A stretch of DNA of 43,992 bases, filler included, from Sphacelaria rigidula (GCA_964200075.2; 2 parts of 2 records of this genome joined end to end with filler, not necessarily neighbours in it), one strand, 5' to 3'; counted from the whole stretch's first letter, positions 12,317 to 25,141 are shown. Notes: generated by a model from the letters alone, not told the origin. A program made the numbers and translations.

Positions 12317-15300
12317 ATGGAGGATGAGAGTTTTGAAAAAATTACGGATCGTGGTGAGGGAAATTCTGGCATGATTCGTGGTACTGTCGAAGAGAATGCT
12401 GCGAACACCGGGACGGCAGATGAAATGCGAAATACCCCCGCTGTTTTTGATCATGGCGTTGATTACGGCGGCTGTTCAACCGGCGCGGAACCAGCTGATG
12501 GTCGAGCAGAGGGCGCACGTGCTGTAAAGTACGAAGGAGATGGCAAAATGCTCATCACGACCCATGTTGCCGAAAGCATTGATGAACGGGAGAAAAAACG
12601 TAAAACAGATGCGAGAAGTGTGTCTCCCGTCACTGATAAAGCGAGTGATGGCAACCAAGCGGCTCCCGACACTACTTCTGCATGCACGACGCCAAGGACA
12701 TCGCTGACTTCGGCACAGCCTTGGCCAAGAGAGGATAGCGGTGGTGCAATCCAGGAGGTGATGGACGAGAAGGGGGTGAAGCAGGAAGCTCTGGTTGATG
12801 ATGCGTCAGGTACTCAAATGGAACCCGGTGGCGACGGTTTGCGCGAGGTGTGTATCGGTTCGTGACGCGTGTCTGCAGCGTATCCAGTTGCTGCTGGCAT
12901 GTTGGAGCTTTTGTCTACCATGTTTTCATGTCTTGCCTGTTCAATAACATCCTTCTCCTGGAGTGTATGTCGAAGAGGTGCTACATCGCTTCTTCGATTC
13001 AGGGGTTGGGGAGCAGAGTTTTTTTTTCTTTTTTTCTGAGCTCCACAGATGAAACCTGTCCAAACATGTTCAAACCAACCATTTTCTCCGCACTTGCTCA
13101 CCCAACTGCCATGGTCATGCGTACCATGCGGTTATTGGCCAACCCTACCCCGTAACAGCGTGCCAACCCACCAGATCTCAAGAGGTGAAACCGAAAATAC
13201 ATGATTAAATTTTGCATAATGCTGCGCGTACTGTTTCTGTTCTCGATATGAACAGGCTTTGGTGGGGTTCTACGGTGTACACAATCCAGATAGGATCTCC
13301 ACTCTGGACACAATACTGGCGCAGTACCGCGGCAAGGAAGGCCTCCTGATCGAGCGCCTCGAACAGAAATACTCCGCAGACCTCTCCTACGCCCGCCAAG
13401 CGGCTCGGGTGCGAGCATTCTCGATGTCTTCAGAATCAAAAACAACGGCACCCCCGTTCCCTTCAGTAGCAGGAGCAACTGCACCACCTCTAGCAGCGTC
13501 CACGAAGAATGTCGCACCCTCATCCGGGCCCCACTCCCTCTCTCAACCGACACCCCGACACCCCACGATAGTCGGGGCGGCTGCGACAATCGATGAAAAC
13601 GACGGTAATAGTTTGCGCCGCGGAAACGGGGTGAGCCGCGCTCAGGCTTCAGGACCACGACCAGGCCCATTAGCATCCCAACACAATACTGCCGTTGGCG
13701 GTGGTACTCCCTCCTCGAGCTACATGACCTATTTGGCTGACCAAATGCGGTCGAAAGTCGAAACTCTTCTTCCAGGTTCTGGTGTTGGCGACGCTCCCTC
13801 CAACTACCGACCACAACAACAGTATCTAGACGACCGTGCTGTGGGTTTTAGTGGTGGTGACAGTGGTAGCGGGGCCCGCATGCAACGCGCCGCAACTCAA
13901 GGACCTAGCCATTGGGCCAATCAGACGAGCCTCTCATCGCCTAATGGAAGCGCTTTGGGCTTGGTTTCGTCGGATATTTTGGGTACGGCGGGCGGGGTGG
14001 CGCCTGAAGACCGTGCGGGTGATGTGGCGTTTGCGCGGGTTAAGGTGTTGGAGGAGGAGCGTGCGGGGCTTCTCGCGGCGTGTAGACGCTTGCAGAGCAA
14101 GGCGGAAGCAGCGGCGAGAGAGGTGCGCAGCGCAGTGTGTCGCAGTTCGTTACCAAGTTTTTCTGACTCGGTACCAAGTTGATGTAGCCTAGAGTTTTGT
14201 AGTTGTTCGTATATTAACAATTATCTAGATCACGCCAAACCTCAGGTATCGAAACCCAGCAATATAGACAGGAAGCGAAACGAATGAACACTTCTCCAAA
14301 GTGCTCACGCAATAAGTTGACGACCAAATACCATAACACTCCCCCTGGCTCGATAGCCGATCGATGACCCATTTCCCGAGCAGATTTATAGCCGAAAGCA
14401 TTCATTGGGCCGTCCAATCATGATGACAGTCGCACACCACCCGCCACCCTTGCTTGTTCGCGGTTGTCTACCATGGCTCAAAAGGCGGCCGCGACGGAAG
14501 AGCTGAGGGAGGCCGGACAGCGAAAAATCGCGGCCTTCGCTGATCGTGCCGCCGCTGCCGAGCGTCAGGCGCGAGAGGCCACCGTGCGGATACGCGCTCT
14601 TGAGTCGGGGCAGGGAGCTTTGCGGGTGAGTTTTGCTTGAAGCTTTGCCGCGGAACGAAGGAAAGAATGTGTTGTTCCTGTTGTGATATCGTTTAATCTT
14701 GCTGTTGTCTGACGGCGGGAGTATATTTAGACAGTACCGTGTTCCGGTCGTGAAGAATTGAGAGTGTTGCTCGTCTTCCACTCGCTACACCATTACATTT
14801 TGTGTTTGACATATGCCGAAATGAAATGTGCCATTAAGATACGTTCAAGCCACCGAACGGTAACGTTTCTCTTCAGTGGTGGAGCATGACAAGCAAAATG
14901 ATTTCAACGGGTATTCAGAGAAACGTACTTCATTGCTCCATCACCGAAGCTCTCAAAAATGGAATAATTTTCAATACGCCTTTGCAAGAGCGCCACTGAT
15001 TTTATGCCCCTTTAGGCATGTCGAAAGCAGCTGAATAAGCCATGCTCCAATAAAGGTACACTTGATTCAACCATTATTTCCATGAAACATTGAATTCTAC
15101 ACACCCTCGCATTTGGCACAAATGTTCTTCGAACGTGAAGAAGAAAAAGGTATCACATCCTCGAAGTTTGAAGGCAAAAGGGAGCGGATCCGGAAAGAAA
15201 CATGATGTGACTCAAATTTTTCAGGCAATATGTCCGAGCGGCGTGCTTGAAAAACGAAAATGATATTTTTACGGTTTCCTTCGTGCTGTGTGTAGCCAGC

Positions 15301-18300
15301 ACACCCAAATTTCAGCATGATCGAAATTAATCTCAATACGTTTTGCGTCATTTTTTCCTCGCCAAAAATAAAAAAAATCGCGTTTCCCGTTGTGTAGAAA
15401 CGTAGTCAGTCATCTTCCCAGCCTAGCGGCACACGCACCGCTGTCGTTGAGGCGATGGGCTGAGAAAGAGCAGACTTTTTTTTGTGAAAGTATCGTTCGT
15501 GGTGAGATCCTTGGCAAATCACGAGTGTTCGTTTTCGTTTTTATGCCCGGAGGCAGTTTGTCTTGCTCGCACGTTCATTTCATATTTCCCTTCGGTGGTT
15601 GCATTTTCTCGGAATGCCTACAGTAGGTGCTCAAACTGGCCTGCTTGGACCGCACGCACCTCCCGGCGCGCAGTGTTTATTATTCCAATTTAAGAGAAAA
15701 TCTGAGCCTGTGGGGCTGACACTAAGCAGAGTCCGCCGAGCGGTAACTCCACGGTATGTTCTCGATAGTAACATAAACCCTTGGCGCGCTCGATATCTCC
15801 ACCAAAGCGTCTGCCTCTGGCGCACAACTACAAACTAAACCAACGCAAGATTACCGATATTTCGCGGGGTCGGGGACAATCGAACACAAATGTAGCTCGA
15901 CGCCTCCACTGGAACACTTGCGCTGGAGGTATCTTCCCCAATCGGCATTATGTGAGCAGGTCTGTGCGCCTGCGTTTTTTTATCTTCCATTGCAACTGCC
16001 AGGCGGAGATGGAGTCCGCAGTTCGTCGCTGTGCTGCCAAACACACCCAGCTGCTCTCAGCAATTGACCTCCAGATGGCCCTGAGGTGAGCCACTCCGTT
16101 GCTTTGGAGCTACGAGCATGGTGCTGTGGCGGTAGCATGTCAACGTCTGGAGTAAACTGGATCCATGACGCCATCGATAAGCAGTATCGCATTTTCCGAG
16201 GGTATTATCAACCACACGTGATTGGCAAACACCCCTGCCAACGCCCACGTCACTCCTTGTCGTCTGCGTGCGTTGCATGAAATACTGCATGTTTGATAAA
16301 TTCAGATCACAGCTAGAAGGACTACTGGATATCGTTCCACCTGCGTCAAGGGCGAAGCGAAAACCGCGACCGATATCGGTGGGTGCTGATGGCGTTGATG
16401 ATCGAGATAGCCCGCCGAGGAAGGATGAGCCACCTTTAGTTCTGTCCGGCGGTCTCTCAAGCCGAGAGCAGAATCTCGGGGGAGCTCTCCCAGACCCTTC
16501 CGCAACAGGATCGACGGCAGCGGCGCGGATCGGAGACGATAATTCAGGGGGGTCGAATAATCGTGTTCTTGAAGAGGAACGGTCGTCGGCAATTTGTGGT
16601 GTTGGGGATTGTAGCGATAGCGATCGGGAGGACGAGGGTGAAGGCGAGGGCGTGAAAGAGGTGAGGAAGCGGTGCTCCTTGCTGGAGATTGCGCTGAAGG
16701 CTTCAAGAACCGAGGCGTCCGAGGCTCGACGGGCTAGGGATGCGGCGGAGCGAATAGTGAGCGAGCAGAGAGCAGGATTAGAAATACTTCGGGAACGTAT
16801 TTCTGGTCTAGAGGCGTCTGTCTCTGAACAACAGAAATCCGGGGAGGTAAGGACGGTGCTGCGCAGTTTCATTCGCCGTGATTCTCGTAGATGGCGTTCA
16901 CTGTAATGTTGGGACACGCGGGGTTAGGACTGACCCTGCCAGGAACATGATAAGTACTCTCCCCATCTTGCTCCCATCTTGGGAGGAAAACGTTCTTCTT
17001 GTACTCCTGATTCCTGAAGCACTCTCGTGTACGCTACGAGCTGGGCCGGCCCAGAAGCAGATTTGTAGTTTGCAGGCGAATTCGCAATTTTCTACTTGGA
17101 GTTGGACCGTAAAAATTGGTATGGACAATTAACAGGGCATTCATTTTTTTCCTGTGCCGGGTCCCAATTTTGTTTTTTGGTGATTGAAGGGCATTAACCT
17201 AAAACCTTAAAACTGATCGTTGCCCTCAACTCATGAAATAACCAACAAACTTTGAGACCCGACACACTATTTTTTTTATGCCCTGTTGATTGTCCATATC
17301 AAATTTCACTATCCAACTCCGAGCAAAACAATGCGAAATCACCTATTGAAAACCGGGCCGGTAGAAATTCGGAACAATATTTTGCAGGCCTCTTACCGGC
17401 CCACGGTTGGTGCTTGTGTTTTGAAACTTTGTGCGGGACCTCGCTAGGTCATAATGAGCCAAGGAAAATGGATCAGGTTGGTTTTGATTGATTTTTTCCC
17501 CGGTTTAGGCTACTTCTTATGTATAAAAAACCACGTGATCAGAAAAGCCGTTTTCCAACAGCACGTTTTTCAACAGAACTTTTCAAAGTAACCCTTCTTT
17601 CGTGATCGACGCACTATCAAATCAACATTGAAAACGCAGTGTTCATCGATGAGGTGTGCAGGCATAATTCCAAATTCTGGGGCGCGCGAGAGAGACGCGG
17701 CACTCTGCTGTCCTGTCGTGGTGTACGGTCCGTACTGAATGTCTGTACTACTGTGATACATTGCCTGAGCAATACATGGTGGGCTGCTGCGTGACGCAAG
17801 ACCATCAATGAAAACACTGTCTTGCTGTACCAACTGACTGTAGAAGTGACGGTTGTGCCCTTTCACTGCACGGTAGTACTTGACTGAAACGACAGCACAG
17901 ACAATAGTATACACAACAGTGCTGTATTACATCTATCGGCTGTAGTACTACAACAGTAGTAGCACTGATCATAGTCTTGTTCGTATCGTCAGTACGGTCC
18001 TGTGTCTACAAGGCTTGGGTGCGTAGGCAGTCTGTAGTGCAAAGTGACGTCTGTTTGCAACAAGCTGCATGCACAGACCTCAACTGAGCTGCAAGTTCGC
18101 TGCTCTGTACAGTACAGACACTGTTGTTGTGTTGTATGCGTTGGGTCCACCACAGTAATCGCACTACCTATCTCATAAAAGCTTGAGTGCGTGGGCAGTC
18201 TGTAAAGCATTGCGACGGCTGTTGTTGACAACAAGCTGCGTGCACAGGCCTGAACTGAACTACAATTTTGTACGGACGATATTCAGCATAGACTGTCCTG

Positions 18301-20520
18301 TCTGTACAGCAGTCGCCATCGACTCTGCCCTCTGCTGTTCTCATGGGGTGAAGGGCAAACACGCTACTGGCGAGCGAAGGACAATGATGCAACACGCTGA
18401 ATGCCCGCGAGCACCAGCGATAGCAGTAGTAGTGACGGCAGCCAAGCTATCACAGGTGCTGTCGTGGGCTATGCTGTGTGTGTTCAAACGTGTTCAAACA
18501 AGGTTCAAACGCTTTTTCGATAACATTTTTCGATAGCCCGAAGTTATCGGAAAATCCTGATTTTCTGATAACTTTGGGCTATCGAAAAATGTTATCAGAA
18601 AATTTTCCATCAGAAAACGCAACGCGTTGCGTTTTCTGATGGAGGTTTTTTCATACATGAGAAGTAGCCTTAGGGCGTGCTAGTATGGGAACAACAATTT
18701 TTTTACGAGAACGCTCGAGCCTCTCCCCCAAAAAGTGTTGAATGTCCTTTTTTTAATTCAGCATACCTCTTTCGTTCTCCATGCCAAGTTTCAAATAATA
18801 TTTTCGAAAATTGAGCTAAAAAATTGAGACTCGCCCAAGAGCAATGTTCATTTCTCCTCAAAACTCCCTCGAAAACACGAAAAATAAATGAAAAATGAGT
18901 GTAAAAAAAGGACAAAGCTGTTTTTTCAATTTCATTGTGCACTAGCGGTTCTCCATACCAAATTTCATAGCAAAACTTAAAAAAACTGGGACGTGATATC
19001 CAGATTAGAGGAATCTAGTGCCTCTGATCGTAATATATCGATTTTAGTATCGAAGCTATTGTGCGCCATATCTCGAGATATGTTACGAATTAGGTGGAGG
19101 CGAGGGTACCTATTCCCCCCCCCTGCTCAAGGAAAGGCCCACACAAAAAATCGTCATCATTCGCTGAATGAATCGTTCGGTGTTTCATATAGGTTTTAGT
19201 GTGGACGCTATCTCCGTAGGGGATAGGAATTACTAGACTTCGGGTTTAATCAACGAGGAAAAAAGTGGCCCAGATTTTTGAGTAGATGGGCATTTTCGCC
19301 TTGGAGCGATGCTACGGTAGGGGTACACAATTTATTTTCCGAGGTTGGAATTGTTAGGAGCCCTTTATCTTATCCAAAACACGACCTATGAAAATACGCG
19401 AGAGTGCGCCAAGATTACTATTTCAATATGCTGGGGATATCCCGAATGAATCTGCTAACGGGGATGCCCTGACCCATAATATTCTTGTGCGTCTAGGATC
19501 GTTAGGAGCCCCTGAACCAGAGAAAATTTCACAAAAAAAGGGGCACCCCTACTCCTTGATGAGACGATTAATACGATATACGGATCACGGCCCAACTCGT
19601 TTATGTCGTCGAGATATTGGCTTGAGAGCTTAAATCCGTTTTTAGGCTGGCCCAGCTCGTAGATGCGAACTGTTTGTTCAACACGCGCATCCTGTGAATC
19701 AAGACTGTGGACTTCCATCGTTCCTCTTCATGACGATCTTCATAATCTCACGCAGGTAGCGACAGAGGCCGCGCGTGGCCTCGAAGCAGAGCTGGCCGTT
19801 GCACTAGACGGGCTACGGGCGACAGAAGCAAAGCTGTCCGACCAAGCCGAAGAAAACGCCCGCCTCAAGGAGGACCTCCGAGGGGCTGCAGCCCGGCTGC
19901 ACACGGCCGCCGTGGCCCGTGCGTCGCTCGTGAGCTTCTGCCGACAGGAGAGAACCGCGGTCGAGCAAGAAGCCGCTGAGCATGTCGCGCGCGCGGAAGA
20001 GAATGCCGCAATGCGAGGGGAAGAGGGGCTCGCTCGGGGCTTGGAGCTCGCACGCTTGGCAGAGGAAGCGGGGGAGAAAAAAGTCGCCCTCGTGGGTGAG
20101 GAGGTTGATCGGCTTGGGAAGGCGCTGTTTGCCACACGTGCGGCACTCGCTGGCAGCAAGGCGAGAGAGCAGACCTTACTAGGAGAGCTCACGCGTGCTG
20201 CCGAAACCATCGCGAGTTTCAACCAACAGGCCTCGGTTTCCGGCGGCGCCCTTACTTTTGGAGAGGTGGAAGAAGGCGGGGCAGACGAGAACGATAGGGA
20301 TAAGCAGTTAGCACCGGCAGGGGTGTCGGGTTTTAGTAGTCGAGGTGGAATTAGGGGCATCGGTCGAGAAGATTATCGAAATCGGCGGGGATCTCCCGTG
20401 GACTCCTTCGAAGAGCCATCGTTAGCTTCGTGCGGTGACGTGCAGAAGGAGGGTGCGAAGAGTGAAGTGGATGAAATCTCAAATACTTTTGGGCATACCG
20501 GATATGCAATCGACTTATAG
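12317..20520 (+). CDS. Uncharacterised large protein: acidic/low-complexity N-terminus, a short helical FYxxHNP module and long coiled coils
   Basis: Phase-consistent GT-AG exons 12317-12847, 13256-14122, 14485-14625, 16003-16085, 16306-16846 and 19756-20520. The E/A/R-rich segments look coiled-coil. The start may lie further upstream (ATG at 12207), and the last exon may instead splice out near 20450-20470. Confidence 0.75.
17035..19661. mobile_element. TA-flanked TIR element (about 2.6 kb including an insert) filling most of intron 16847-19755
   Basis: TACGAGCTGGGCCGGCC at 17035 and GGCTGGCCCAGCTCGTA ending at 19661. Homologous to the copy at 9177. Confidence 0.8.
17508..18669. mobile_element. 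PIF/Harbinger-like non-autonomous element (1162 bp) with a TTA target-site duplication
   Basis: TIR GGCTACTTCTTATGTATAAAAAACC versus GGTTTTTTCATACATGAGAAGTAGCC. TTA is duplicated at 17505-17507 and 18670-18672. The empty site GGTTTAGGGCG is present in the paralogous copy at 9638-9648. Confidence 0.8.
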
Positions 20521-20547
20521 CACTCGCTGTCCTCTTGCCGTAACAAT

Positions 20548-21170
20548 GTTTTCGTGAGATTGAGCAGTAGAGCGTTGATCGAGAGCGGCTTCCATCATTC
20601 GCTTCAACTCGACCATTCTGTCACGCGTGTGCTTTTCTTCGCCTGTAACACAGGCGTGTGCTTGCAGCTAAACGTCGATATCCTACTCGAGAGATATCAA
20701 GGGCTTCAATGGCCAGCTACTACAGAAAGCGTATCGGGCCTCGTGGGGCACTTCGGAACCGAAACGATTCGTTCATCAATTGGCCGCTTCTCACTCTCTC
20801 ACGAAAGCATTGTCCGATGCCTTCGCCGTGTGGGGGGCTCGCAGAAACTGAGGAACAGTATGTTCGGCTGTGATTTCGTAATCTGATCGCCCATGATGAC
20901 GTTTTCGTGAGATTGAGAGTACCGCGCTGATTGAGAGTGATTTTGATCACTTGCTTTAACTAAGCCAAGTTTTCATTCCGTGTGTGCTTTTCTTCGCCTG
21001 CATCACTTGCGTGAACTCGCAGCTACACGTCGATACACTACTCGGGGATATTAAGGGCCTCAGTGGCAAGTTACTAAAGGAAGCATGTTGAGCCTTGTGG
21101 AGGGGCATTTCGGAACTGAAACGATTCATGCACTAATCGACTCTCGATTTCACGAAAACACTGTCCCATG
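20548..21170 (+). repeat. Diverged tandem duplication, two units with a period of about 353 bp
   Basis: GTTTTCGTGAGATTGAG occurs at 20548 and 20901. Both are followed by collinear blocks GTGTGCTTTTCTTCGCCTG, GCAGCTA.ACGTCGATA and TTCGGAAC.GAAACGATTC. Confidence 0.85.
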
Positions 21171-21495
21171 TCGGGGGAATGTGGTGCTGCTAGTGATGCT
21201 ATGTGGTGGTTCAGCCTTCGTGTTTGTCAACCGCCGGTACGGGAGCAGCTGCTTGCTTCACCTCAATGTTTACTCTCGTGTGCTGGGGTGCTCTTAATTT
21301 TTCAGGGATGATACTGCCGAGATTAATGTGAACGTTTGCGTGACCGCGTGTTGGTGCGATCCACGCTTCTTGTAATGAAATCATGACGAGTGTGCTCAAT
21401 GCACTCGTGCTGCGTGAACCTTTTTTTTCACGTCCCGGGAATCATTTTCATCCGTACCGTACACGCAGGCGGGGAGGGTTTTTCGCTTCGCCACC

Positions 21496-21948
21496 GGTCG
21501 CCCCGGTGGCTCCGTTGGTAGCCTCGAAACCTTCTGACGGTTGGGTAATGGGTTCAATTCCCGGAGCGATCCGGGATTTTTTCTCACACCATGCCCAACA
21601 GTGGAGAGAGCGACTGTGTCGTGAGTACACAAAATGCCAAGGGTCGGACAAATGTTGATTCGTCTGGAAATTACTTGGTTTTAGAATACTTGGTTCGACT
21701 CGTACGTATCAATCCCTCGGCTTTGTTTTAAGCGTTGCAACCCAGGTACACGCAGCCCAGACACATGGAATGGCGCAAAAGTTGCGTGGGTACCCCTCCG
21801 ACCCGCGGTCGACTTTTTCTCCCTTTTGGGCAATCATGCCGAAGAAATCGTGACTTTGGTGATTCTTAGTCGTGATGATTCGCCCTAACCGTGCAAAATT
21901 CGACCTAACGGTCTACGAGGGAAAGGGACTGCTGAACCCCTCTCGCGA
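21496..21948 (+). mobile_element. tRNA-derived SINE-like element (copy 1), cut off by the assembly gap
   Basis: A-box-like TGGCTCCGTTGG and B-box-like GGTTCAATTCC. The head and the GGAAAGGGACTGCTGAA..TCTCGCGA block match the minus-strand copy at 39550-39847. Confidence 0.65.
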
Positions 21949-22048
21949 NNNNNNNNNNNNNNNNNNNNNNNNNNNNNNNNNNNNNNNNNNNNTTAATTAA
22001 TTAANNNNNNNNNNNNNNNNNNNNNNNNNNNNNNNNNNNNNNNNNNNN
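21949..22048. other. Artificial scaffold spacer: 44 N + TTAATTAATTAA + 44 N
   Basis: Exactly 100 positions. The central 12-mer (21993-22004) places stop codons in all six frames, as in a contig-joining linker. Confidence 0.95.
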
Positions 22049-25000
22049 TGTTCCGCGGAAGGAGGGGGGGGGGGGGGGGGGCACAAGAACCACAGACGTC
22101 CTCAACGCTCTACCGTTTGTATGTGTTCGACCTATTGTTCATGATGTAATATGTAGAATGAGAGTGGGTACTTAAGGCTGTCCTTGAGGTTGGCGGGCAG
22201 GGACCTACGGTTCTGCCAGTTGGCGTTGTCAGTTTTTCTTCGTGACCACTTCCATTCGGGGTGGCTGGCATTTTGGAAAAATGCTCCCCCCCCCATACCT
22301 GCCCTGTGCACAGGGCTATTAATAATGCACAAATTCGAAAGCCGAGTACAAAAATGCGTCTTGTGTAGCGACAAAAAAGTTCTGGGTTGTGGTGAACCCC
22401 AAATGTGGCACAGTCCATCCCAGTCCACCTGTGGGGAGTCTCTGTCTTGAGGGTTTACCGTGAGCAATATTTGCAGATCTGGGGGAGGACAGAGGTCAAA
22501 GGGTTACCGATGAGTGTACTTTTGAAAACTTTTGACAGATTGTCAGGGTAGAGTAAGGTACAGCACGGGGTATTTTGGGGTGCCGATACCGTGGGTAGGG
22601 TGGAACACTGAGTACTTATGGTTGTTAATACCCTGGGTACCGTGACCCTGGGTACCCCGGTACCTTGAAGTACTGGGCACTTCAAAGTCTTCCAAGAAAA
22701 AGGCTGTGGCAGGGCAGCATCATGGCACAAGCCATGATAGTGCACAACAACGGTACTGCTGCACTGCCTTCTGCTCTACACTCTACTGAGGAACCAGCGC
22801 TCGGTATTCTTCGCAGCATGAACAACGGTTGTAGTGTTCACCAGGATGCAGCGTCGTTGTGATAGAGTTCGACGTTCCGAAGAAACACTACAATGGCAGA
22901 ATGCCATCAGCACTAGCAGCTGTATCAACTCGAGAATACCCTCAGTCTCACTTCACGTTGTTGGGAGATGTGCGCTGGACACGCATCTTCATACGTTATG
23001 TCAAGGAGGTTGATGAAGCGGCGCAATTCCGTGCTTTCAGTAACATGATGATGGCTGTCAAACAGAACCACTTTCAGGACGCAGGATCATACAAAATATA
23101 CCGCGCTATACGGTATGTACTCTGTCTATACTGCGCAACCCACTGAGAGAGGCAACTTCATTCAACGAACACCCACATAGTCCCTCAGCAACTGTGTATA
23201 CTGCGTTTGTTCGCCGTACGGATTTAGCCTTGTCTTGGTTCAAGCATTCGGCTATAGCTCGCCGGGCTGTTGAGCTTGAACAATTTCAAAAGCCCGAATA
23301 AAGCCAGTTGTTCTTGTCAACAAGATACAGTAAGAAGACACAGGCGAACTAACGTAGCAACAACACAGGCACACCACGACATAATACGTTCAACTCACCC
23401 TAGACAATGCACCACCTCCACCTCGGCAGCAACTGGATCGTTGAAGTAGAGAGACAGACGGAACTGGGGGAAGCGGGTGATTTACAAGCGCATGTGTTTG
23501 TGGTTGAACCTCGGCAACTCCATGGGTAGGGCAAACGGAATGAATATCTCGACAGATCGGCAGCACACAGTCATCTCTCAAAAGACTTGATCATGGGTGA
23601 GATTGCTGATTGCCAAAGGAAAGGATTGCGGGTCACGCAAGGGTCACGTGCAAGTTTGCAAGCTTGCAAGCTTTCTTCATCGTGAGCTGCTGTAGGTAAC
23701 TGAGGCGCTTACACAAATATTCTGGGACACGAAGGGTTCACAGTAGGTCATCGCTGATGCACCCATAGCCCCATCAATCAGTGTGGACAGAACTGACATA
23801 TATTGATCTACAAAGCATCGTCGGCAGCATCACAACAACAGTAACGGATACAAGAGCTATCCATCCGGACCGGTCGCACTTGACCGGTTGTGGGCTTGCG
23901 GTGAAGAAGAGCTGTGCTGCTGTGCTGGTTGCTACTACCTGCGGAGTGGTGGGCTGGTGATAACGCAGGAGGTGGGCATATTCCATCTGCTTTGTATCTG
24001 TACAGCATTGTGTAGGCATCGCGCACGAGAACATGGCCCTTCGGGCGCTGCGCTCTTGAAATAAAGCGTGCTTCAGCAATACATACTGTTGAGCCTGCCG
24101 TTTCTGGCTCGCCGTTACCGTTCAAGAAGCACATGAAGGCCCACCGTACAAGACCTTCATTTTCTTCTATATGTCATGAACGATCATTGTGTGATTACTC
24201 GCGTTCAGCTCTTCTGCCGCCGGATACCTCAGGTGGACGATAGACGAGCACCTGAAAAAATTAAAAACGACATCTTTGTCCGACCTGGAAACGCTATAAT
24301 TACTAGAGGTGGAGGGGGGTGTTACTGAGAGTTATTATTATTTCCGTAACTTTAGCTCGATCTCTCGAACCCGTGGTCACAGACTGCAAGGAGCATACCA
24401 TCCATACTAATAAATCAAGAGACCAACAGAGGAAGGCTAGTAAAAAAATATTTACACGAAAAAAAGTCACCTACACTGCGAAAGAGTAAGGGGGTGGTAC
24501 TAAAAGCAGAATGAAACAAAACCCAGATAAAAATTCACCAAAATGGACATTTTCACCTCCTATTTAGATAGACCAGGTGGACACACCAGCGGCAAAGGCC
24601 AAATCGAAAAAGAGCTACACGAATGTGCATTACAAATGCCCAGCCTTCCCTGCTCGGTGCCGGTTCAACCACGGATTTTTGTGCGAGTGCTTGATGACAG
24701 TGCTGTGCAACTTAGACGGGGAGCGAGGAATACAGTCAGTACAACAGTACTGTAGCGGACTTTCTGTACGAGAACTGTGTGCAAACAATCACCTATCATT
24801 AACATCCTGCACAAATACTATAGGACTGTACTGTACGTGGCTCCAAACGTTAGACAGTGTTTTAACGAAATAAGGAAAGCGACAGTCATTTCGTGATGGT
24901 GATACCGTAATGAAATGACGGTTTACAACTTCACCGTCACGAGAAATCACGCGCCGTTCCAACCTGCGATAGGGGGGGAAACACATACTGAAAACGCAGT

Positions 25001-25110
25001 GGCGGTGATAACACGCAAACAGACCAGCGATTTCAAGTCGGGCGACCGTAACGCGCCAGGTGTATGGGTGTTGTCACAGGTCCAAAACGCGGACCGCCTT
25101 CCGCAGGAGA

Positions 25111-25141
<31 letters not shown>

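Noticed and set aside
16057-16917. 286-aa minus-strand ORF (also 13098-13814, 19740-20360, 37662-38285 and 3872-4444)
   Set aside because: These are antisense shadows of real GC-rich exons on the opposite strand.
21993-22004. TTAATTAATTAA palindrome
   Set aside because: It is centred in an exactly 100-position N block, so it is an artificial linker. Adjacency across the gap is therefore not guaranteed.
22859-23146. ORF containing LLGDVRW, reminiscent of the hAT transposase 'TRW' motif
   Set aside because: A single short motif, with no other hAT blocks or TIRs.
25110-25140. Poly-Q ORF 24915-25265 and (CAG)n tracts, including 3828-3851
   Set aside because: Simple microsatellites with no coding support.
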